Source: Spirochaetia bacterium
GTDB taxonomy: Bacteria > Spirochaetota > Spirochaetia > CADAEX01
Assembly (NCBI GenBank): GCA_963662265.2
Contig: CAXXHA010000029.1
Span: forward strand, 1 to 64,000
Length of the DNA: 64,000 bases
Direction: 5' to 3'
Part shown: positions 39,357-50,268 of the stretch, piece after piece
How positions within the stretch are numbered: position 1 is the first letter of the stretch
Layout: every line of letters starts with the position of its first letter
Position numbers and translations under genes: made by a program
The notes under the pieces: model-generated
The model's database searches: none
What the model was told of the DNA's origin: nothing
Seen by the model: only the letters and a program-made list of their open reading frames with translations

Positions 39357-40979
39357 TTATGCGTTCCCTTTAAAGATTTTCGGAAGAAAGAGAATTCCAA
39401 TACCGAAAACAACTGATGCTGCAATAAGTGCTGATGCAGCGCTGAGAGTTAAACCTGCTACAATATGTCCTATTAAAGCGACAACAGCGATAAACACTGC
39501 ATATGGGACCTGAGTTGCAACATGCTCAAGGTGAGGACATGATGCTCCTGTCGATGAAAGAATTGTTGTATCTGAAATAGGAGATGAGTGGTCGCCGAAA
39601 ATAGCTCCCCCCAGTACTGCCCCGATAGGAACAAGAGTTGCATTAAGAAGATCAGCTCCCTCATATCCTGATGCTTTACCAAGTGCAACAGCAATCGGCA
39701 TGATTATCGGGATCATGATTGCGAAAGTACCCCAGCTTGTCCCTGTTGAAAAAGAGATAAGACATGATATAAGGAATACAACTATAGGAAGAAGCCACAG
39801 AGGGAATCCCCCTTCAACAACTGATTCGGAAAGGAAAGCTGAGAGTCCAAGGCCTCCATCGGCAGGTGAGCTCTTGATAAGTGAGCCTATTGACCATGCC
39901 ATTGTAAGTATCATAAGCGCCGGTACCATTGACTTGAGCCCGTCAAGGATTGCAGATGCTGCTGTTTTTATTGTAAGAAGCTTTTTGGCTACATAATAAA
40001 TATATGATACAGAGAGAGTTGCAATTACTGCATACATGAGAGCTGCAGATGCATCTGTGTCGTTGAATGCAGTGGCAAGCGGAATAGCTGCAACAGCTTC
40101 TTTGAAACTTTTGATATTTTCTCCGTCAATTGATGCGAGCCATGTTGAAACAGGAAAGAAGACAACTGCTGAAATAATAAGAAAAATAATCGGGAAAAGC
40201 ATGTCTGCCGGTCTTGTTTTCTTAGTTCCTGTTTCCTGTTCAATGTTACCCGCCGGTTCGCCGTATTTTTCAGCATTGAAAAGAATATTTTCCTCTTCTG
40301 CAAGATTGCAGCTGTTAACCATTGGACCGAAATCCCTGGCTGTGAAAATTATTACAATAACCATGAGTATTGCAAACAGTGCATAAATATTGAAAGGGAT
40401 AACATGTATAAAGTAGCTGAACTCCTTTATGCCTAGTTCTCCGAACCCTTCAGAATCTTTGATTACCGACATAACATAAACAACCCATGATGAAATAGGG
40501 GCAAGAATACATACAGGAGCAGCTGTTGAGTCAAGAATATATGCAAGCTTTGCCCTGGATGTTTTTGTCTTGTCTGTAATGGGTCTCATTACAGTCCCGA
40601 TTGTAAGTGAGTTGAAATAATCATCAATAAAAATAATAAGTCCGAAAATCCATGTGAATACAAGACTTTCTCTTTTAGTCTTTATCTTTTTTGCTGCCCA
40701 GTCACCGAAAGAAAAAGCGGAGCCTGTTTTTGCCAGCATACCTACCAGTGCACCTAAAAGGCCGCAGAAAAGAAAAATTCTGATGTTCCATCCGTCTGCC
40801 AGAGAGTCTGCAAGCCTGTCTGTAAGAGACATGAGCGCAAGAAGCGGATTTCCCCCTGATACAATTAAAGTTCCTGATAAAATACCCAGGAAAAGTGAAA
40901 TAATAACATCTCTTGTTATGAATGCCAGTACTATAGTGAGTATAGGCGGAACAAGTCCAAGAAGGCCGTAATGTTCCAT
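39357..40979 (-). CDS. NhaC-family transporter (Na+/H+ antiporter or amino-acid transporter type)
   Basis: IFIDDYFN, LDSTAAP, TGTSWGTF, GDHSSPISDTTILSS and HVATQ. Confidence 0.88.
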   Translation of the reverse strand: MEHYGLLGLVPPILTIVLAFITRDVIISLFLGILSGTLIVSGGNPLLALMSLTDRLADSLADGWNIRIFLFCGLLGALVGMLAKTGSAFSFGDWAAKKIKTKRESLVFTWIFGLIIFIDDYFNSLTIGTVMRPITDKTKTSRAKLAYILDSTAAPVCILAPISSWVVYVMSVIKDSEGFGELGIKEFSYFIHVIPFNIYALFAILMVIVIIFTARDFGPMVNSCNLAEEENILFNAEKYGEPAGNIEQETGTKKTRPADMLFPIIFLIISAVVFFPVSTWLASIDGENIKSFKEAVAAIPLATAFNDTDASAALMYAVIATLSVSYIYYVAKKLLTIKTAASAILDGLKSMVPALMILTMAWSIGSLIKSSPADGGLGLSAFLSESVVEGGFPLWLLPIVVFLISCLISFSTGTSWGTFAIMIPIIMPIAVALGKASGYEGADLLNATLVPIGAVLGGAIFGDHSSPISDTTILSSTGASCPHLEHVATQVPYAVFIAVVALIGHIVAGLTLSAASALIAASVVFGIGILFLPKIFKGNA

Positions 40980-40998
40980 AAAAAAAATTTCCTCCAAA

Positions 40999-42093
40999 TT
41001 AAAATAATTTTTCTACATAGTTTGCAATTGCAAGTGAAGAAGTGAGCCCCGGGGACTCTATTCCGACAAGATTTATGAAGTTGTCAAGATCTCTGTCAGA
41101 TTCATTTTTTATAATAAAGTCCTTGAAAGATTCTCCTCTCATCTGAAGTTTTGGCCGTATGCCGCAGTCATCTTCTTTGAGATCTTCAGGATCAATATCA
41201 ATATAGTTTTTTATTGATTTGTGAAATTCCTCTTTGAAAGAACTGTCGAAGCTGTAGTCAAGTTCATCTACATAAAATGAATTCGGTCCGAATGCAGTGC
41301 TTCCGTCAAGATGAATTCTGATATGTATACCCAGGTGATTAACTTCAGGGGCAGGTACAGGATAAACAATACGCTTGAAATTCCTGTAACGTGAAGTCCT
41401 GTAGTAGACACCCTTGCAAAAATGTATTCTATACCCTTCCTTGTCAGGATCAATTCCTGCCATTTCTGATACTCTGTCTGAAAAGAGGCCGGCTGAATTG
41501 ATTACAACAGATGCTTCAACCTCATACCCGTCTGCAAAACCGACAGTGTATCCTGTTGAATTTTTACTGATTGAAGTAACTTCTGTGTTGTAGGAAATGA
41601 GGCAGCCGTTATTCTCAGCCCTGTATTCAAGACGTTTCATAAAGCTGTGTGAATCCATTATACCTGTTGTCGGAACAAACAGCCCCATCAGGGCCTTGAT
41701 TTCCGGTATTTCGGAAGTAATCTGTTCTTTTGTAGCAATAGTCAGCCCCGGAACATTATTCCTGTTGCCGTTTTCATAGAGCGCTTCAATTAAATCTATT
41801 TCATCCCTGTTAGTGGCAATGACATATTTACCGCAGTTATTGTATTCTATTTTTTCGCTGTCAAAAAAACTGTAGAGAAGATGATTCCCCTCCACACACA
41901 GATCAGCTTTCAGTGAATTGTTGTTGTAATAAATACCAGAATGAATAACTTCACTGTTCCTGCTTGATGCATGCTGCCCGAATGAAACTTCTCTGTCAAC
42001 AAGAACAACAGAATCATGTTTCTGTGACAGTTTTTCGGCAACAGCAAGCCCCACAGCTCCCGCACCAATAATGAGTATATCGATTTTTTCCAT
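40999..42093 (-). CDS. FAD-dependent oxidoreductase, L-2-hydroxyglutarate oxidase (LhgO)-like
   Basis: GAGAVG, SSRNSEVIHSGIYY, GIRPK and GIESPGLTSSLAIA. Confidence 0.85.
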   Translation of the reverse strand: MEKIDILIIGAGAVGLAVAEKLSQKHDSVVLVDREVSFGQHASSRNSEVIHSGIYYNNNSLKADLCVEGNHLLYSFFDSEKIEYNNCGKYVIATNRDEIDLIEALYENGNRNNVPGLTIATKEQITSEIPEIKALMGLFVPTTGIMDSHSFMKRLEYRAENNGCLISYNTEVTSISKNSTGYTVGFADGYEVEASVVINSAGLFSDRVSEMAGIDPDKEGYRIHFCKGVYYRTSRYRNFKRIVYPVPAPEVNHLGIHIRIHLDGSTAFGPNSFYVDELDYSFDSSFKEEFHKSIKNYIDIDPEDLKEDDCGIRPKLQMRGESFKDFIIKNESDRDLDNFINLVGIESPGLTSSLAIANYVEKLF

Positions 42094-42304
42094 ATTCAGA
42101 ATTCCTTGGGCAATAATAGTATTTAAATACTGTCCGGGTCAATTCAAAATTGCATAAAAATCAACAATGCCGGCTCTTATATTGTAGATATCATCCAGGT
42201 TTAATATTGAAAATATAAGTTTTATTTGACAAAATAATGTTATAGTTGAAAGGCGGGCAGTAAAATACTGATACCGGCATAAATAAGATTTTAAGGAGAA
42301 TTTT

Positions 42305-43588
42305 ATGGAATCTCTAGCTGTTGAACTGAATAACACACTTGAAGGCAGTTCAATCTACAAACTGATGTCAGATTTCGGAAAAAGGTTTTATTTTCCAAAA
42401 GGAATAGTTGCACAGGCTGCCGAGGCTGGAAGCAAGGCAAGCAGATTCAATGCAACTGTTGGAATGGCAACATCAGAGGGAAAACCAATGTTTCTCCCTT
42501 CAATAATGGAACACCTTTCAGATCTTGATTCTTCTGAAATATACTCTTATGCGCCCACTACAGGACTGCCTGCATTGCGAGAGATCTGGAAAAAAGAGAT
42601 GATACTTAAAAATCCGACACTTGAAGGGAAATCTGTTTCCCACCCGATAGTGACAGGCGGTCTGACACATGGAATATCAATTATTGCCGATCTGTTTGTC
42701 GGGGAGGGAGATACAGTTGTAGTCCCTGATATGTTCTGGGGAAACTACAGGCTGATTATCGAAGGCAGGTGCCAGGGGAAAATCCTTAATTTCCCTTTCT
42801 TTGACAATAACAGGATGAACCTTAAGGCTCTCGAAGAATCTATAAGGAAATCTCAAAACAGGAAAGCTGCTGTTATTCTCAATTTTCCAAATAATCCTAC
42901 AGGCTACTCACCTTCAAAAAAAGAAGCTGATGAAATTACTGAATTATTTGTTAAACTGGCAGATGAAGATTTTAATATCATGGTTGTCTGTGATGATGCC
43001 TATTTCGGTCTGTTTTTTGAAGAGGAAACCAACAAGGAGTCGCTTTTTTCCAGGCTTTGTGATGCCCATGAAAATATACTTGCCGTAAAAATTGACGGTG
43101 CCACTAAAGAGGAACTTGTATGGGGATTCAGGGTCGGTTTTATCACTTACGGCGGCAAGGGAATTTCTTCCGACCAGTATGAGGCAATTCAGAGGAAAAC
43201 AATGGGAGCTGTAAGGGCTTCTGTTTCCAACTGCAGCAAGATTTCACAGACACTTCTTCTTAAAGGACTTGAAAGCAAAACATACCATGAGGAAAAAGAC
43301 AGCGCATTCAGGGTAATGAATGAAAGATATATCAAGGTTAAGTCTGTTGTTTCAAATATGCCTGAAGATGTGCCTTTGAAAGCTCTTCCGTTTAATTCAG
43401 GTTATTTTATGACTTTTGAAGTTGTGGGAAAGGATTCTGACAAGCTTCGAATACATCTTCTTGATAAATACCAGACAGGAACAATTTCCATTGCAGGAAA
43501 ATACCTCAGGGTTGCATTCTCTTCAGTTGATGTGGAGAAAATTGAGGAGCTTTACAGTATTATTTTTAAAGCGGCAAAAGAACTGTAA
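42305..43588 (+). CDS. PLP-dependent class I/II aminotransferase
   Basis: NFPNNPTGY, DDAY, DGATKE and GFRVGF. Confidence 0.88.
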   Translation: MESLAVELNNTLEGSSIYKLMSDFGKRFYFPKGIVAQAAEAGSKASRFNATVGMATSEGKPMFLPSIMEHLSDLDSSEIYSYAPTTGLPALREIWKKEMILKNPTLEGKSVSHPIVTGGLTHGISIIADLFVGEGDTVVVPDMFWGNYRLIIEGRCQGKILNFPFFDNNRMNLKALEESIRKSQNRKAAVILNFPNNPTGYSPSKKEADEITELFVKLADEDFNIMVVCDDAYFGLFFEEETNKESLFSRLCDAHENILAVKIDGATKEELVWGFRVGFITYGGKGISSDQYEAIQRKTMGAVRASVSNCSKISQTLLLKGLESKTYHEEKDSAFRVMNERYIKVKSVVSNMPEDVPLKALPFNSGYFMTFEVVGKDSDKLRIHLLDKYQTGTISIAGKYLRVAFSSVDVEKIEELYSIIFKAAKEL

Positions 43589-43743
43589 ACAGATTTTAAG
43601 AAAGCAAAAATGATATTTTATTGAATTTTTAAATAGTTGCTGATAAACGGAAAAAGCAGTATGTTCCTGAAAAATATTTTATTATCTAATACTGCTTAAT
43701 CTGATTCTTTAAATATTTAAAAAACGGTAAAAGGGGGAAAATA

Positions 43744-45574
43744 ATGGCGAACAAACTAAGAAGCGCACTAACTATGGAAGACCGGAAAATGGCGGGAGCA
43801 AGAAGCCTCTGGCGTGCTAACGGTATGAAAGAAGAGCATATGGGAAAACCTGTAATAGGTATAGCAAATTCTTTTACACAGATGGTACCGGGACATGTTC
43901 ATCTGCATGATATCGGTCAGCAGGTTAAAAAAATAATTGAGGAGAAAGGCTGCTTTGCGGCTGAGTTCAATACAATAGCTATAGATGACGGAATTGCCAT
44001 GGGGCATAACGGGATGCTCTATTCTCTTCCGTCGAGGGAAATTATCGCAGACAGTGTAGAATACATGTGCAATGCGCATAGAATAGACGCACTCGTATGT
44101 ATCAGCAACTGCGACAAGATTACTCCAGGTATGATGATGGCTGCAATGAGACTGAATATACCAACAGTCTTTGTATCAGGCGGTCCTATGGAGGCCGGAA
44201 AATTCAAGGGAGAAAAAATCGACCTTATTGATGCGATGATCAAGAGCGCTGATAAAAATATCACAGACAGCGATGTGGATGGGCTTGAAAGAAATGCATG
44301 CCCGACATGCGGAAGCTGTTCAGGCATGTTTACTGCCAATTCAATGAACTGTCTCAATGAAGCTCTGGGGCTGGCTCTTCCCGGCAACGGAACAATTGTA
44401 GCTACTCATAAAAAGAGGAAGGAGCTTTTTGAGAAAGCGGCGGAACTTGTTGTAAGAAATGCTGAAAAGTATTATCTGGAAGGAGATGATTCTGTTCTCC
44501 CCAGATCAATAGCAACAAAAGAGGCATTCATGAATTCGATGGCTCTTGATATTGCAATGGGCGGTTCAACCAACACAGTTCTTCATCTGCTTGCAATAGC
44601 AAATGCTGCGGAAGTTGATTTTACGATGGAAGATATTGATATGCTTTCAAAAAAAATACCATGTATCTGTAAAGTTGCACCCAGCTCTCATTACCATGTT
44701 GAGGATGTAAACCGTGCAGGCGGTATCATGGGAATACTTGCAGAGCTTGACAGGGGCGGGCTTATTGATACTTCTGTCAAAAGAATTGATTTTCCTTCAC
44801 TTGCATCTGCATTTGAAAAATATGATATTAAAACTGCATCTGCTGAAGAGGGACGCAGCATGGCTGAAGCAGCTCCCGGAGGATTTTTTAATCTTGAACT
44901 TGGTTCCCAGGATAACAAATACGGCCAAATTGATGTAGACAGGAAAGAGGGCTGTATCAGGGATGTTGAGAACTGCTACTATCCTGACGGAGGACTTGCT
45001 GTACTCAGGGGCAATATAGCACTTAACGGATCTATTGTGAAAACAGCAGGTGTAGACAAGTCTATTTTCAATTTCAGGGGAACTGCAAAAGTATTCAATT
45101 CACAGGAAGATGCCTGCGATGCTATTTTAAGCGGCAGGATTGTTGCAGGCGATGTTGTTGTAATTATCTATGAGGGACCTAAAGGGGGACCGGGAATGCA
45201 GGAAATGCTTTATCCTACTTCATACCTCAAGTCAATTCATCTCGGCAAGGAATGCGCCCTCATTACAGACGGAAGGTTTTCCGGCGGAACATCAGGACTT
45301 TCTATCGGGCATGTTTCACCCGAAGCTGCATCAGGCGGGCTTATAGCGCTGGTTAGAGATGGAGATAAGATTGAAATTGATATCCCTTCAAGAAAACTTG
45401 AACTTCTTGTGAGCGGTGATGAACTGAATAAGAGAAAAGCTGAAGAGGAAGCAAAAGGCAAAGACAGTTATAAAACCTGTCGGACGAAACAGGGTTATTT
45501 CTGATTCACTTAAAGCATACTCCTATTTTGCAGCATCTGCAGATAAGGGAGCAGTCAGGGTAATACCAGAATAA
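43744..45574 (+). CDS. ilvD: Dihydroxy-acid dehydratase; apparent +1 frameshift at A4 45472-45475 near the C-terminus
   Basis: [31 protein letters not shown] and TDGRFSG. Removing one A restores ...[34 protein letters not shown]. Confidence 0.93.
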
Positions 45575-45607
45575 TGATTTACTAAACACTGTTTGAAAAT
45601 AAATTAT

Positions 45608-45643
45608 AAAGCCCTGCAGATAAGAAAAATGCAGGGCTTTTTT
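45608..45643. terminator. Terminator between convergent ilvD and the U32 gene
   Basis: AAAGCCCTGCA-loop-TGCAGGGCTTTTTT. Confidence 0.8.
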
Positions 45644-45706
45644 ATGAAATGCTTAAAATCCAAAATTATTAAAACAATGCTGTGAATATTTTCATATAGA
45701 TAATAA

Positions 45707-46919
45707 TCAGGTTTTCTCCCTTATTATAAATCCCTTATCAAGTTTTTTGTCTGTCACAAGATATGTTATTTTACCGTGATCTGTTTTTTCAACCAGGTTG
45801 AATTTTTCATCATAAAGTGAGAAATCTGAATCTTTGAGAAAGAGAAGATCAGGCCCTATATATTCAATCTTGCTGCTGCTTCTTATCTGGTTCTTCACAT
45901 CTATAGAATAACAGTTTTTCCCGTTTTCTGATTTTTCTTCTGACAACCCTGAAATACTGCCGAGGAATTTATACTCCCTCATGTAAGATTTAAAAGTCGG
46001 CATTTCTATTTCATCCTTGCCGTAATAAAAGCCTGTAGAAAAATTCCCTGTGGCTTACTTTGTAAATCTCATTTATATAATTATCAAGGTTGTTGATTTT
46101 ATGCCCGTTTATTGAATCAATCATTTTTTCTGTATGCTCTTGTAACAACTGCGGCATAATATATGGATTTCATCCTCCCCTCAATTTTGAGGGAATCGAC
46201 ACCTGCATTTTTAAGGTCTTCAAGATGGTCAATCATGCACAGGTCTTTGGAAGACATCACAGAAGTGAAATTTTCGCCTTCGATAACAGGGAAGTATTCA
46301 CCCTGTCTTTCAGATTCTTCCAGTACCCTGTACTGCCATCTGCAGGAGTGGGCACAGTCACCCTGATTGCCTGACCGGTCAGCAAGATATTTGCTTAAAA
46401 AACATCTTCCTGAATATGCAAGGACACATTGCACCGTGAACAAATACTTCCATTTCAAGATCAGGTAGTGAGTTTTTGATATCAGCTATTTCTGAAAGAG
46501 AAAGTTCTCTTCCAGGGATTATACGTGAAAACCCGAGATCTCTGTATAATTTTGCAGATTCTGTATTTACACAGTTGGCCTGTGTACTGAGATGAAGTTC
46601 TGTATCGGGAAAATATTTTTTTACTACAGGGAGGACTCCTATATCGCTTATTATAAAAGCATCAACCGGATATTCAGATATATAATCAATATTCTGTTCA
46701 AGATTATATAGATCAGAATTATGAAAATATATATTGAGAGCAACATAAAGCTTCTTATCCTGTTTCAATTCCCGGATCTTCAGATGTTCATCAGACTTGA
46801 AATTATCTGCTTTTGCCCTTAGTGAGAAATTTTTTGATCCCGATATATGCGGCATCTGCCCCATAGGCATATGCGTAATAAAGTTTTTCAATACTGCCTG
46901 CCGGCGATAATAATTCCAT
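45707..46919 (-). CDS. Peptidase U32 family protein (TrhP-like Fe-S RNA hydroxylase type), broken by four +1 homopolymer shifts
   Basis: Reconstructed as MELLSPAGS...YGADAAYIG, HLSTQAN, EVFVHGAMC(L)AYSGRC, CAHSCRW, LKIEGRMKS and HREFSTGF. Shifts at 46830-46835, 46422-46423, 46124-46129 and 46039-46043. Confidence 0.85.
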
Positions 46920-47238
46920 AACAGTGATAAGTTAAAATTATCCTGGATAATAGTCAATATAACATGTTTAAAAACAACTCTTTTAAATATTCTTTTGTTT
47001 ATTTCTTCTTTATTAATGAACAATATGATTATTAAGATACAAAAACATATAGTGTTTGTAGGAATATATAAAGCGAGAAAAAGGTTTATAATGTGAAAGA
47101 TGGCACAATATAAAGTTAGATGGGTGTATAAAAGCTGTTAAAAAGCCTTAATAATCACAATAAACAATTAATAATATACCGCAAGTAACATTAACAATAA
47201 TAAAAGATGTGATATATTAAGAAAATACAATATATTTA

Positions 47239-47299
47239 TTGACAATTATATAAATATGCGTATAAATTAAAATATAAGTATTAAAAATATTTAATACTT
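47239..47299 (+). promoter_or_regulatory. Promoter and palindromic operator candidate upstream of the yeeE cluster
   Basis: TTGACA (47239)-N16-TATAAA, followed by AAGTATTAAA-N4-TTTAATACTT (47276-47299). Confidence 0.45.
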
Positions 47300-47336
47300 T
47301 AATCAATATAATTAAATACAGGAGAGGTTTTTTGTT

Positions 47337-48055
47337 GTGAGTGATCTTAACGAAAAAAAAGAAGCTTCCGGTGAAAATACCGGATCTATCAGAAGAAGCA
47401 GCAGATCCAGAAGCAGAAAGCCTAAAAAAAAGCCAGATTATACCGGGGATAATTGTTCTTTTGGTGATTATTGCTATCGGTATTGTACTTGCGGCTGTAA
47501 AGCCGATGCTTGGATTTTTCTGGGTAACAGGTAATGCTTTCGGATTTATTCTTCAGAGAGCAAGATTCTGTTTTACTGCATCTTTGCGGGATCCCTATCT
47601 GACCGGCGGAACATCATTGACAAAGGCTGTTCTGACAGCTTTTGCGATAACATCAATCGGATTCATTGCAATACAGTACGGAGCAGTTTCCAAAGGCCTA
47701 CCAATGCCGGGACAGGCATATGTTGTACCTGTCAGCGCTGCAACAGCTGTCGGAGCATTCATGTTCGGTATAGGAATGGTTATAGCAGGCGGATGTGCGT
47801 CAGGAACATGCATGAGAGTGGGTGAAGGATTTCATATGCAGATGCTTTCCCTGTTCTTTTTTTGTAATAGGTTCCCTCTGGGGAGCTCATGATTTCGGAT
47901 GGTGGAAGTTGAATGTAATTCTCAAGGGAAAAGCAGTATATCTGCCTGATGTATTTGGTTGGACCGGAGCTGTAATTATTCAGCTTCTGACAATAGCATT
48001 ATTATGGATTGCCGCTGATAAATGGGGCAAGAAAAAGGCTGCAGAAGGCCACTAG
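47337..48055 (+). CDS. YeeE/YedE sulfur transporter, N-terminal-half protein; frameshift at T7 47857-47863 and possibly at A8 47424-47431
   Basis: GFILQRARFCF and FGIGMVIAGGCASG; continues FFVIGSLWGA in the shifted frame. Confidence 0.85.
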
Positions 48056-48080
48056 AAAATAATTGACAAGGAGATAAAAA

Positions 48081-48308
48081 ATGAAAGAAGTAGAACTTGA
48101 TTGTTTGGGAGAAGCTTGTCCGGTACCTCTCGTAAAGGCACAGAAAAAAATTGAAGAACTTGAAGTCGGTGATGTACTTATTGTTCAGATCGACCACAGT
48201 TGCGCTATGAAGAATCTTCCTGAATGGGCAAGAACAGAAGGTCATAACGTAGAAATTGAAGAAGTAGATGACGGAGAATGGGAAGTCATCATCGAAAAAA
48301 CTAAATAG
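48081..48308 (+). CDS. TusA/YeeD family sulfur carrier
   Basis: LDCLGEACPVP (CPxP motif); 75 aa; AGGAG SD. Confidence 0.92.
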   Translation: MKEVELDCLGEACPVPLVKAQKKIEELEVGDVLIVQIDHSCAMKNLPEWARTEGHNVEIEEVDDGEWEVIIEKTK

Positions 48309-48325
48309 ATTCCCGGAGGAAAGAA

Positions 48326-48871
48326 GTGAAACTGACTGATAAAATAAAGAATAATGATTATTATAAAATCTGGTTAAAAGACGCATGGCCTTATATTACC
48401 GGAGCAATTTTACTGTCAGTTTTCCAGATAGTAACATTAGCTGTTACTGGTAATCCGTGGGGAGTATCAGGCGTCCTTGCTAACTGGGGCGCCTGGCTAT
48501 ATCAGCTTGTCGGCGGTTCTGTCGACAAGTGGTATTACTTCTCAAGCGAAGGAGCCCAGAAAGTTCTTGCAAACAACTTTATAAAAGATCCCGGTACTAT
48601 GAGAAACCTTGGAATTATTTTCGGTGCACTTTTTGCAACGCTTATAGCTTCAGGTTTTAAATTCAAGAAAATCAAGACAAAAAAACAGGTTGTCGCAGCT
48701 ATACTCGGCGGTCTTTTAATGGGATATGGTGCAAGAATAGGTTACGGCTGCAATATAGGAGCACTTTACAGCGGTATTACTGCATTTTCACTTTCAGGAT
48801 GGGTATTTGGTATATTTATCTTTCTTGGTGCTATTGTTGGAAGTAAACTGCTTGTTAAATACTTCATGTAA
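48326..48871 (+). CDS. YeeE/YedE sulfur transporter, C-terminal-half protein
   Basis: PWGVS and GGLLMGYGARIGYGCNIGA. Confidence 0.88.
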   Translation: MKLTDKIKNNDYYKIWLKDAWPYITGAILLSVFQIVTLAVTGNPWGVSGVLANWGAWLYQLVGGSVDKWYYFSSEGAQKVLANNFIKDPGTMRNLGIIFGALFATLIASGFKFKKIKTKKQVVAAILGGLLMGYGARIGYGCNIGALYSGITAFSLSGWVFGIFIFLGAIVGSKLLVKYFM

Positions 48872-49021
48872 AGCAGTATCTGGAAAACATAAAAATATAT
48901 TTTTTAATAATATTTATTAAAAAGAAGTGGCTGAAATATCTGTCACTATAAATTGTAATTCAGGATTATATCAGATCTTAAATTAAAATACTTTCCTGAT
49001 TGACATGGAAAGGAGTGGATT

Positions 49022-50257
49022 GTGAGAGAAAAGAAAATTGAAAATTACGATGTTGTAATTATCGGGGGCGGTGCTTCCGGTCTTACAGCTGCTATATACT
49101 GCGGCAGGGCGCGGTTAAATACCCTGTTGATTGAAAAAGCTCTTATTGGGGGGCTTGCAACCTATACTAATGAAATAATGAATTTCCCGGGTTTTCCTGA
49201 CGGATCAACCGGCCTTGATCTTATGAACAAGTTTCATACGCAGGCGAAAAATTTCGGAGTAAAATTCAAACTGACTGATGTTAAATCTGTTGATTTCGGT
49301 GCTGAAACAAAAATCGTTGAAACATTCAGAAACAGCTATCATGCTAAAACAGTAATTGTTGCAACCGGAGGAAGGCCCAGAATTACAGGTGCCAAAGATG
49401 AAGAGAAATATCTTTTTGATAAAGGTATATCTTTCTGTGCAACTTGTGATGCTGCTGCCAACACAGGCAAAACTGTTATGATTATCGGAAGCGGTGACGC
49501 TGCAATCGAAGAGGGGATGTTCCTTACCAAGTTTGCTGACAAAGTAATAGTTTCTGTAATGCATGATGAAGGAAAAATGGACTGTAATGAGATAGCAAGA
49601 GACCAGGCACTTGCAAACCCGAAGATGGAATTTATCTGGAATACACTTGTAGATTCTTTTTCCGGTGAAGGTCATCTTGATACAGTTACACTCAAAAACC
49701 TGAAATCAGGCGAATTAATGCCTTTCAAGGTTGATACATGTTTCGAGTTTATCGGTTATATTCCCAACACAGAAATAGTCAAGGGAACTCTTGATATGAC
49801 TAAACCGGGCTATATTATTACCAACGATAAAATGGAGACAAATATTCCCGGAGTGTTTGCATGCGGTGATGTGAGGGACAAGGAGCTTAAACAGGTGGCA
49901 ACAGCTGTCGGCGACGGATCAATCGCAGGTGTCGGTGCTGAGAAATATATTGCTGAAACTGAAATGTTCAGAGAGCAGATCATGCAGAAGGAAAAAGTCG
50001 GTATTATTCTGATTTACTCTGCTGTTGATGCTCCAAGCAGGGAACTTATTCCTGTACTTACTGAAGTGGAAAAATCATACAACGGTAAGGTTAAACTTAA
50101 CTGTATAGATATTTACAAGGGAAGATCACTCTGTGACAGACTCGACTGTTCATGCGGAACAATGACAATCTTTATCACAAAAGATGGTGAAGTTGTTGAC
50201 AGGCTGGATGATTACTCAGAGTCAGCACTCAGAGCAAAACTTGATGCGCTTGTTTAA
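49022..50257 (+). CDS. Thioredoxin reductase-like flavoprotein with a C-terminal thioredoxin-like domain
   Basis: GGGASG, ATG, CATCD, GVFACGDV and QVATAVGDG; ~100-aa C-terminal extension. Confidence 0.85.
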   Translation: MREKKIENYDVVIIGGGASGLTAAIYCGRARLNTLLIEKALIGGLATYTNEIMNFPGFPDGSTGLDLMNKFHTQAKNFGVKFKLTDVKSVDFGAETKIVETFRNSYHAKTVIVATGGRPRITGAKDEEKYLFDKGISFCATCDAAANTGKTVMIIGSGDAAIEEGMFLTKFADKVIVSVMHDEGKMDCNEIARDQALANPKMEFIWNTLVDSFSGEGHLDTVTLKNLKSGELMPFKVDTCFEFIGYIPNTEIVKGTLDMTKPGYIITNDKMETNIPGVFACGDVRDKELKQVATAVGDGSIAGVGAEKYIAETEMFREQIMQKEKVGIILIYSAVDAPSRELIPVLTEVEKSYNGKVKLNCIDIYKGRSLCDRLDCSCGTMTIFITKDGEVVDRLDDYSESALRAKLDALV

Positions 50258-50268
50258 GGAGAGATAAA

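Noticed and set aside
43654-43697. AAGCAGTAT/ATACTGCTT inverted repeat upstream of ilvD as an attenuator or T-box
   Set aside because: No leader peptide, T-box motif or U-tract was found.
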